Part shown: piece after piece, positions 50,717 to 58,386 of the stretch
Position numbering within the stretch: position 1 is the first letter of the stretch
Layout of the letters: every line of letters begins with the position of its first letter
NCBI GenBank assembly: GCA_963777605.1
Contig: CAVZRV010000029.1
Span: 160,001 to 224,000, forward strand
Length of the DNA: 64,000 nt
Source: an uncultured Acidobacteriota bacterium
GTDB lineage: Bacteria; Acidobacteriota; UBA6911; RPQK01; JAPXNP01
Reading direction: 5' to 3'
The notes under the pieces: model-generated
What the model saw: only the letters and a program-made list of their open reading frames with translations
What the model was told of the DNA's origin: nothing
The model's database searches: none
Position numbers and translations under genes: made by a program

Positions 50717-53498
50717 TCAGCATGACTGTGAGCAGGCCGATGGTCAGCGCGGTGAAGCCGAAGATTCGAGCGGCCCGCTGCAGCCACTTGGGAGGCGGCG
50801 CAACCATTCGGTCCTTGATCTCGCGACTCTGAATAACCTGGGCGTACTCCTTCGGGCGATCATACTTCAACTCCTCCAAAGGAACCGAACCGGTGAAGAT
50901 GACCGGATCCATCGGGAACTTGTCCGGACGGAAGTGAGTGTTAAAGAAATGGATCGTGAAGATGAACCCCGTGGCCAGCAGGGCCTCGTCCGAGTGAATG
51001 ATCGTGGACACATTGATCAGCCACCCGGGGACTCCGAGGTTCGTAAAGAACTCTGAGAACCAGAGCAGCAACCCGCTTGCGCCGATCACCGCAATGCCCC
51101 AGAAGACCGCGAAGTAGTCGAACTTTTCCCAGTAGGTCCAGCGTCCGTACTGTGGCCGCGGGCCGATGCCTACGAACCACTTGAGGGTGGCGATGAACTC
51201 CGTGAGGTCGTTGAGCCGGAACATCATCGTGTTCTCGCCGGACAACATTTTCAGGAGGGAGCGCTTTTCACGTCGTTTCTTCTTGATCAGGTGTCCGATG
51301 TGCAACCCGAAATAGAGGAACGTGATGATCGCTGCGACCCGGTGGGCGAAACCGCTGACGGCGGGTCCCCCGATCATGTGCGAGAGGAATTGAAAGACCG
51401 GAACATCGGCGAACTTGATCGTCATTCCGGTGACCGCAAGGGTCAGGAAGCTGATGATGACCAGGACGTGAAGGAATCGTGTGAAGGGATCAAACCGCTC
51501 GTAGAAGCGGTTTTTCAACGACGCCACGGCCACTTCAGCTGCTGCGGCGTGGTCTTTCTTGTCCCGCAGAGCCCGGGGAAGCCAGAGCAACGTGTGTACG
51601 CCCGAGAACGTGAAAACACCCACCAGAAGGATCGTCATGAACCAGAACGTGTAATACAGGTATGGGTACCGGTCCCGGTTGTGATGGGTCGCATGGGTCA
51701 GATACCCCACGAACTTGTGGTTTGAGTTGGGGTGGCACTGACGACAGGTCTCGACCACGTTGATCCTGCTCAATGTTGAGCGGGGATCCGACGGAGGCAG
51801 GATGTTGTGCGATCCGTGACAGTCGTAGCACTTGGCTGTGTTGGCAGCTCCCAGCTTCGAAACCTTGCCGTGGAAGGTGTTGAAGTAGGACTCTGTGACT
51901 TCTTCGTGACATCGCCCGCACTGGCTGATGATCTCCTGCCGGAAATCGCCCAGGTCAACTCGATCGATGGTGTGCGACTTGTGGCAGTTACTGCAGACGG
52001 GAAGTGGCTTGTCGGTGGAGTTGACCGTCTTGCTGTGGATGCTGTTCTTGAACTCTTCGTACACGCCGAGGTGGCAGTTGCTGCAGGTCTCGGCGATTCG
52101 ACTGGGGTTGACGGTCGATTCAGGGTCGGACGCAGGCAACTCGCCGTGAGTCGTGTGGCAGTCAATGCAGGTTGCGGTCACCAGCAACCCGCTCGCGAGC
52201 AACCCCTTGCCGTGGATGCTCATCCGGTAATTCTGGACGATGTGAGTCTGCGTCCCGGTGTATCGGACGGATGCCTTTCCGCCGTCGGCATGGCACTGGC
52301 CACAAAGCATCGGGATGTTCTTCGCAAAAGTCGGAGAGGCCGTGTTGTCGTGCTTCATCTCCTTGTGCGGCGTGTGGCAGTCAGCGCAGTAGGGGGCGTC
52401 CGTTTCACCCTCGTCGTGGAGCTTGCCGTGGATGCTCGACTGGTAGGCGACCACCTGACCCGCGTGGCAGATAGAGCAGTCAACTTTCCCGCTGTCCTTG
52501 CAGACCGGCTCGTTTCGCGGGCTGACGTTGGTGTGGCAGCGGATACAGGTATTTACCGCGTGAACCGAGTGCCGAATATCGTCCTCGTTGACATACAGCG
52601 ACTCGGTCTTTCCGTTGACCGTCCGGCTAAGGGTCGGATTCTCGTGGCACCCCATACACATGGAGTCAGGGTAGCTCTCGGCGTAGAAGACCCGTCGCAC
52701 CTTGTGGGGCTGATGGCACTCGACGCAGCTGGGAATTTCGTGGGGCCGTTTCTCCCAGAGTTCACCCTTGATCACCTTGAGATGGACATCCTCGATCTGG
52801 GCATGGCACTGCATGCAGGTGGATGCGATCTTGTTCCGGCTGATCGTGGATTCCGGGTTCTCATGGGGAAGAATCAGGTGTGAGCTGTGGCAACTGGTGC
52901 AGACGGCTGTGACGATCAGTCCCCGCTTGAAAAGGCCGTCTCCGTGAATGGATTGGGAATACTGTTCGAGCGCCTGTGGTTCGGCAACGCTCCGCAACTG
53001 GGAAACCGGGGTGCCTTCCTTGTGGCAATTCCCGCAAAGGTTGGGGATGTTGCGTACGTAGGTGCGGGAGGCCGGGTTGGCCGATCGCAGAATGTCGTGC
53101 TTTCCGTGACAGTTGATGCAGGTCGGAGCCAGGTAGCGACCTTCTGCATGAGCCTGTCCGTGAAGGCTCTGGTTGTACTGGTCAACGGTGTCCGTGTGAC
53201 ACATGGAGCAGTCGACTGGGGCGAGCGGTTCGTCACGTGAGGAGTGATCCGGGTCGGCATCCATGTGACAGGCGACGCAACCCAGGTCCCCGTGAACCGA
53301 CGTTGTGAAGGACTTCCCGTTCACGAACAGGGAGATTTCCTTGCCGTTGCGTTCCGCCACGAAGTCGCGTTCGCCGTGGCACATCAGGCATTCTTCGTCG
53401 TCTTGTGCCAGGCCAACGCCCGCGGTCAGGAGAAAGATAATCAGGAAAAGGAATTTGAGAAAGCGCATGGGGACACGTGGCGCGGCCGCACTACTCAT
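50685..53498 (-). CDS. CbcL-like multiheme cytochrome c (19 CxxCH) fused to a cytochrome b membrane domain
   Basis: Signal peptide and 19 CxxCH counted by eye. The TM domain has RFLH, AHR, YWEKFDYFAVFWG, IIHSDEALLA and IHFFNTH. Confidence 0.88.
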   Translation of the reverse strand: MSSAAAPRVPMRFLKFLFLIIFLLTAGVGLAQDDEECLMCHGERDFVAERNGKEISLFVNGKSFTTSVHGDLGCVACHMDADPDHSSRDEPLAPVDCSMCHTDTVDQYNQSLHGQAHAEGRYLAPTCINCHGKHDILRSANPASRTYVRNIPNLCGNCHKEGTPVSQLRSVAEPQALEQYSQSIHGDGLFKRGLIVTAVCTSCHSSHLILPHENPESTISRNKIASTCMQCHAQIEDVHLKVIKGELWEKRPHEIPSCVECHQPHKVRRVFYAESYPDSMCMGCHENPTLSRTVNGKTESLYVNEDDIRHSVHAVNTCIRCHTNVSPRNEPVCKDSGKVDCSICHAGQVVAYQSSIHGKLHDEGETDAPYCADCHTPHKEMKHDNTASPTFAKNIPMLCGQCHADGGKASVRYTGTQTHIVQNYRMSIHGKGLLASGLLVTATCIDCHTTHGELPASDPESTVNPSRIAETCSNCHLGVYEEFKNSIHSKTVNSTDKPLPVCSNCHKSHTIDRVDLGDFRQEIISQCGRCHEEVTESYFNTFHGKVSKLGAANTAKCYDCHGSHNILPPSDPRSTLSRINVVETCRQCHPNSNHKFVGYLTHATHHNRDRYPYLYYTFWFMTILLVGVFTFSGVHTLLWLPRALRDKKDHAAAAEVAVASLKNRFYERFDPFTRFLHVLVIISFLTLAVTGMTIKFADVPVFQFLSHMIGGPAVSGFAHRVAAIITFLYFGLHIGHLIKKKRREKRSLLKMLSGENTMMFRLNDLTEFIATLKWFVGIGPRPQYGRWTYWEKFDYFAVFWGIAVIGASGLLLWFSEFFTNLGVPGWLINVSTIIHSDEALLATGFIFTIHFFNTHFRPDKFPMDPVIFTGSVPLEELKYDRPKEYAQVIQSREIKDRMVAPPPKWLQRAARIFGFTALTIGLLTVMLIIYAMLFAYR

Positions 53499-54045
53499 CC
53501 GAAGGCTCCGTGGGGCTAACTTTTTTTGATGTATCTGTCCTAAGGCGGGCGACTGCTTCCGGGATCAGGCGGTCAGCGATCGGTAGAATCTTTTCATTCT
53601 CGGACCAGACGTGACGGCGGAAGTGCCAAACCAGTTCGTTCAGCTCCGACGAAAGCTTGTAGTATTCTGGCGCGTCGTCGCGGGGAGTTTCCATGAAATC
53701 TTTCAGCTTCCGGTGTAGGGACTTGACCAGGCTCTGACCCTGGGCATGCTCCCGGCTGATCTGCTCCAGAGAGTCGAGTGCAGCAGCGTCCAACTCGGGC
53801 TTCAGGTGTCGTTTCAGCATAGGGAGAAGTAACCGTTCCTCCTCTGTTTCATGCTGAACCTCCCACGAGTCCAGAAAGTCGAACAGCCGGTCGAGAACAG
53901 GCTGGTTCTGACTGAACGATTCGGCGGGATCCTTGGATTCCGACAATTCTCGGACCACCTCCTCGAGGGCGTCCATGTAAGCGAGGAGCTGATCGTGATG
54001 TCGAGAAAAACGCTCCTTGATTGCACCGGTCAACATCGGTCTCAT
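53491..54045 (-). CDS. Hemerythrin/HHE cation-binding domain protein
   Basis: H...HETEEE.LLP...EH...HVWSENE.ILP pattern. Stop overlaps the cytochrome start; true start may be 54036. Confidence 0.85.
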   Translation of the reverse strand: MRPMLTGAIKERFSRHHDQLLAYMDALEEVVRELSESKDPAESFSQNQPVLDRLFDFLDSWEVQHETEEERLLLPMLKRHLKPELDAAALDSLEQISREHAQGQSLVKSLHRKLKDFMETPRDDAPEYYKLSSELNELVWHFRRHVWSENEKILPIADRLIPEAVARLRTDTSKKVSPTEPSDE

Positions 54046-54116
54046 TCCTTCTTCAAAAAGCTCACTGCGCAGAGTTCTGTTGCACTTTGCAGGGAATACC
54101 GTTGGAGAGCCTTATA

Positions 54117-54132
54117 AGCACGTTCCGTGCCG
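54117..54132 (-). promoter_or_regulatory. Sigma54 (-24/-12) promoter of the hemerythrin-cbcL-like operon
   Basis: Minus strand CGGCACGGAACGTGCT has GG-N10-GC spacing and a GGCACG match, ~70 nt upstream of the start. Confidence 0.6.
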
Positions 54133-54374
54133 GGATCAGGGCGGCTGGGACTACAGAGAGAGTGGATTTACCTCGAGGGGGAGGGGAATCCAACTGAGGT
54201 AAAGGCTGAGGAGTCGGGCTGGGCCGGACTTGGCAAGCAGGGATTTCAGGGACGTTCGGAGTCCAGATGCGGCCCGAACGCCGGAGGGCGGCCTTAATCT
54301 GGAGAAGTCGTGGGGCATACCACAACTCGTTGGGCTGAATGCCCCACTTTAGGGATGGAGCCGAGGCGTGACAG

Positions 54375-54473
54375 CTAGTCTTTCTTGCGGGATCCGACGT
54401 AGTAGCCTAGAACAAACAGCCCAAGGCAGCCAATCACGTGGATGTAGATCAAAGCGTCTGTAGAAATAGACAT
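54375..54473 (-). CDS. Unannotated 32-aa single-pass membrane peptide
   Basis: MSISTDALIYIHVIGCLGLFVLGYYVGSRKKD*: a hydrophobic helix followed by a basic tail. It is below the ORF track cut-off and its RBS is weak. Confidence 0.55.
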   Translation of the reverse strand: MSISTDALIYIHVIGCLGLFVLGYYVGSRKKD

Positions 54474-54521
54474 TTCCGCCGGATTCTCAATCGTTCAAAA
54501 TCGCACGAACCAGCCCGGCGC

Positions 54522-55031
54522 TTACACCACCTCGAGTTCGGGGCGTTTCCGGGGCCCCCTTCTGTTGCGGAGAGCCTCTTTCTTCTCCGCTCGCGCTTTG
54601 GAGCCGCTGTAGTTTAACAGAGCCTCAAGAACAGTGAAGAGGCTGTTCATGATCTCTTTGTCCCCGGTGTGAATCAGGTAATCGCACAGGCGCAGGAGTT
54701 CGAGTTGCTGGGGAGTGTAGCCCTCCCACTTGGTGTCCGGCTTCCGTCCCCGCCCAACCAGCAGTTGATCGAGCACGCATCGCCCCGACGTGCTTACCGG
54801 GCAGCGGTCGCCCGACTCGAGGGCGGGCTCCTGTCCAAAGAATGCAGTCACGTTAACTGCAAGAGCCTTGGCGATCTTCGTCAGGGTTGGGATGGTCGGA
54901 GTGATCCGTCCATTTTCCAGCCGCGAGAGGTATGAAACCGCCAGTCCGGTGTCCTCGGAGATTTCACGCTGCGTCTTATTCGCCTCGAGGCGAAGCCGTA
55001 GAATTCTTTTCCCAACGCTCATTTGGTGCAT
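54522..55031 (-). CDS. XRE-family HTH regulator with Cys-containing C-terminal domain
   Basis: IL RLRLEANKTQREISEDTGLAVSYLSRLENG..PTIPTL.KIAKAL, followed by CPVSTSGRC...LCDYLIH. Confidence 0.85.
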   Translation of the reverse strand: MHQMSVGKRILRLRLEANKTQREISEDTGLAVSYLSRLENGRITPTIPTLTKIAKALAVNVTAFFGQEPALESGDRCPVSTSGRCVLDQLLVGRGRKPDTKWEGYTPQQLELLRLCDYLIHTGDKEIMNSLFTVLEALLNYSGSKARAEKKEALRNRRGPRKRPELEVV

Positions 55032-55075
55032 CCTTCAACCCATCTGTTTCTGTGAGTGCTCAGTGTACACAATGA

Positions 55076-55095
55076 TTTTCTTATTTACAAGAAAA
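55076..55095. promoter_or_regulatory. AT-rich palindrome, candidate operator between the divergent XRE and radical SAM genes
   Basis: TTTTCTT-ATTTAC-AAGAAAA. Confidence 0.4.
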
Positions 55096-55311
55096 GAAAA
55101 ACGCTCTCATTTATCCGAACCGGGACCGCCGAAGAGACGTCGAAATGACGCCTTTTTCATAAATATACATCATAGGACTGATGAATTCACACAGGGAGTA
55201 AGTGGCTGAAGACCGGAGACGGAATTCAGGGGAGACAGAAGGCAATAGTCAGAAGCCTGCGCCCGGGGGTCCGGTCTCCTGTCTCCTGTCTCCAGTGCTA
55301 AAATCACTCCT

Positions 55312-56508
55312 GTGATGAAGCACGGCGCGATGAAGCATGGAAAAGGGATGCCCGGCGGAATGCCCTCCCTGTCTGCAGTTGATTTCCACAAGACTCCGTT
55401 TGTGGCGATTTGGGAGACCACCCGGTGTTGTGACTTGGCCTGCCGACACTGCCGGGCCGAGGCGATACCGGAGCCGTTGCCGGGAGAGCTGTCGACTGCC
55501 GAGGGCAAGCAGGTTCTCGACGACTTGGCGGAAATGGGCTCGCCGATCTGTGTGCTGTCCGGTGGCGATCCCGCCAAGCGGGCCGATCTTTGCGACCTGG
55601 TTCGGCACGGGACTTCACGGGGAATGCGCATGGCGACCATTCCGGCTGCGACGCCGCTTTTGACCCAGGAACTCGTCCATGGCCTCAAAGAAGCGGGCCT
55701 CGCCCAGATGGCACTGAGTCTTGATGGGCCATCCCCTGAAATTCACGATACCTTCCGTGGCATTCCGGGGGCCTTCGATCGCACGCTTCGGGGTGCGTCG
55801 TTTGCGCGCAAAGCCGACCTGCCGCTTCAGATCAACACCACCTTCAGCAGCTACAACATGGACCATTTTGAGAGGATGACGGAAGTCGTCGGCGAAATCG
55901 GAGCGGTCTTCTGGGAGGTGTTTTTCCTCGTTCCGATGGGGCGGGGAAGAGATCTGGGCCAGATGAACGGAGAAGAGTTCGAGCGGCTCTTTGAAAAGCT
56001 GGCTTCCTATTCACACAAGGTCGATTTCATCGTCAAGATCACCGAGGCACCCCACTACCGGCGTTACCTGGTGCAGGATCACCTCCGCCACGGCGATGGC
56101 CCGAAGCGACTCTTTGACGAAGGCGCTCCCTTGCCGACTGAGAAAAGTGCGCTGCCTTGGCACATGAGACGTGATTTCGGCCCCGGAGGCAGCATCGGGT
56201 TGGCTCCCAAGGGTGTCAATGCCGGGAACGGCCATCTGTTTGTCAGCTACTGTGGGGACATTTACCCCAGCGGTTTCCTGCCCTTGCGGTGCGGTAACAT
56301 CAGGGAAACTTCGCTGCGGGAAGTCTATCGAACCCATCCGGTTTTCCAGGAACTTCGCGATCAGGAAAAGCTCAAGGGGAAATGTCTCGTCTGCGGTTTC
56401 CGCCACCTGTGCGGAGGATCGCGTGCACGGGCATATGCGATGACGGGCGACTACCTCGCCGAGGAACCGTTCTGCGCCTACGAACCGCCGGTCGCTCCGG
56501 AGGCATAG
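55312..56508 (+). CDS. Radical SAM/SPASM protein, AhbD/NirJ-like (resembles TIGR04053)
   Basis: AIWETTRCCDLACRHCRAEA, TEAPHYRR, GDIYPSGFLP, KGKCLVC...CGGSRARAY...C. Confidence 0.8.
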   Translation: MMKHGAMKHGKGMPGGMPSLSAVDFHKTPFVAIWETTRCCDLACRHCRAEAIPEPLPGELSTAEGKQVLDDLAEMGSPICVLSGGDPAKRADLCDLVRHGTSRGMRMATIPAATPLLTQELVHGLKEAGLAQMALSLDGPSPEIHDTFRGIPGAFDRTLRGASFARKADLPLQINTTFSSYNMDHFERMTEVVGEIGAVFWEVFFLVPMGRGRDLGQMNGEEFERLFEKLASYSHKVDFIVKITEAPHYRRYLVQDHLRHGDGPKRLFDEGAPLPTEKSALPWHMRRDFGPGGSIGLAPKGVNAGNGHLFVSYCGDIYPSGFLPLRCGNIRETSLREVYRTHPVFQELRDQEKLKGKCLVCGFRHLCGGSRARAYAMTGDYLAEEPFCAYEPPVAPEA

Positions 56509-56766
56509 GTCGGATTCTGCAGCCGTATTCCGTTTTCCCATCATCTCGGCCATTTCTTCCCGCAAAGCGGGACCTGGCCGGATGTGGTGCCGGAAGGAAC
56601 CAGGATCACGCCTCCGGCTCCACCCTTTACTTCATTGCTCCCCTCGGAGGGCTGATAACACCGGATGTGGAGCGGTGCGCGGTAACCACTGACCCGTGAG
56701 ATTTGAACGGCAAGCCGTGAACTGTGAGCTCGGAACCATGCATGAGGAACCAGAAACCCACCAACT

Positions 56767-58164
56767 CTACCCCCGGCAATTTTCGGCACTGACTGCAGCA
56801 GCAATCGCAGTGGCCGTTTCGCGAGCAGTTTTGATGCAGTCTGGTATTCCAACTCCGCCGCTGAATGAACCCGCCAGAATCAGGCCGGGGTATTGACTCA
56901 GTTCCTCACGGATCTCCTTGAGCCGCTGCTGATGGCCAACCAGGAGCTGTGGAATTCCGCCCTCGACCCGGTAAATCTTCTGCCCGATCGGTCTGCTCTC
57001 AATCCCCATGATGGACCGGATTTCCTCGGCAACGAGCTCTCCGAGTTGATCGTTCGATGGAATGATCCGCCCGTTTCGCGAGTGGATTGCACAGCGCAGA
57101 AGCACCTTGTCGTCGGGTGCTCGATAGCCAAACTTGGTGTTTACCCACGTGCAGGCGTCGAGCATTATCGACTCTTTCCTCGGGACAATGAAGCCAAAAC
57201 CGTCCAGCGGGTGGTCGAACTTCTTCCGATCGTAGACCAGGTAGACGATCGTACTTGAGCCATAGGGGATTCTTCCGAGCAATTCGGCGGCCCGTGGACC
57301 AATCTCCGAGACAATCTGACCGGCAGCCGGAGCAGGGGTACAAAGGACGACAAAGTCGGAGCATTCCTCGCCCTTACTGCTTCGGACGACGAATTCATTC
57401 CCAGTCCGGTTGATTCGGATCTGGTTGACCTCGCGCACAACCTGGGTTGAAGATAGCTGATCTTCCAGTCGGTCGGTGAGTTGCTGCATGCCCTCTTTCA
57501 TGGTGACCAGGACCGAGACTTTCGTGGTCATTTTGGCGAAGCGCCGGAGGCCCCACCATAGACTCCCGGCGCGCTGCTCGGCCCGGTAAAGTTCAGGCAG
57601 AGAACTCGGGGCGCTGAGTTCCTCGAAATCGGACCCGTAGACGGCTGAGATCAGTGGTTCGACCAGCCTCTCGGTGAATTCTCGACCCAGCCTCCGCTCA
57701 AAGAACCGCCGGATGCTCAGGTCTCCGGAACTTCTGGTTACCAGCGGCTCAAGCGAGGCTCTCAGCATTCCGAAAAGGCTCATCGGAGCCGATTTCCAAA
57801 AGGCCCATGGATCGACGGGTGCGAGGAACATCATCCCGTCCGGCAGGGACGTCAATTGCCCATCCCGAACAATCAAGGTCCTCCTGAACTCGTCCCTGGA
57901 ACCGATCAGTTCGTCCTTCAGCCCCAGTTCGTGAACCAGTTTCTTGCCGGCCGGCTTGTAGGACGCCCAACCTTCCGGCCCCCCTTCGAAAAGGAGTCCG
58001 TCGCTGGTCGTGGTTTGGACGACGCCTCCCAGCCTCCGGCCCTTCTCCAGCAGGGTCACCTGCAGATCCAACGAAAGGTCGCGGCTGGCCTGTTCAAGAT
58101 AGAACGCCGTACTCAGGCCGCTCACGCCTCCCCCAATAATCGTCACGCGGACTGGAATACTCAT
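56767..58164 (-). CDS. hemY: HemY-family coproporphyrinogen/protoporphyrinogen oxidase
   Basis: IIGGGVSGL.TA, RLGG, FEGGPE, LVEPLISAVY, GFGFIVP, GGVGIPDCI. Confidence 0.88.
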   Translation of the reverse strand: MSIPVRVTIIGGGVSGLSTAFYLEQASRDLSLDLQVTLLEKGRRLGGVVQTTTSDGLLFEGGPEGWASYKPAGKKLVHELGLKDELIGSRDEFRRTLIVRDGQLTSLPDGMMFLAPVDPWAFWKSAPMSLFGMLRASLEPLVTRSSGDLSIRRFFERRLGREFTERLVEPLISAVYGSDFEELSAPSSLPELYRAEQRAGSLWWGLRRFAKMTTKVSVLVTMKEGMQQLTDRLEDQLSSTQVVREVNQIRINRTGNEFVVRSSKGEECSDFVVLCTPAPAAGQIVSEIGPRAAELLGRIPYGSSTIVYLVYDRKKFDHPLDGFGFIVPRKESIMLDACTWVNTKFGYRAPDDKVLLRCAIHSRNGRIIPSNDQLGELVAEEIRSIMGIESRPIGQKIYRVEGGIPQLLVGHQQRLKEIREELSQYPGLILAGSFSGGVGIPDCIKTARETATAIAAAVSAENCRG

Positions 58165-58386
58165 CAAGGCGCATTCTATCGAATCAGTTGAGGGCGAAAG
58201 AAATGCCTTGCGGTTTTGGCTGAAACCAGATTACTCTGACGGCAGTTTTCCAGTCGGTCGAAATTTGGATTTGTTCCGGGGCGACTGTTCTGGAAGGTCG
58301 GTTCTTGATTTGAGTTCGTGGTTTCAACGTTGGTTTTCCCCTGGGGAGGGGAGTACGGTGCTGTGTCTCTAAGGAGGGGTGTGTTA

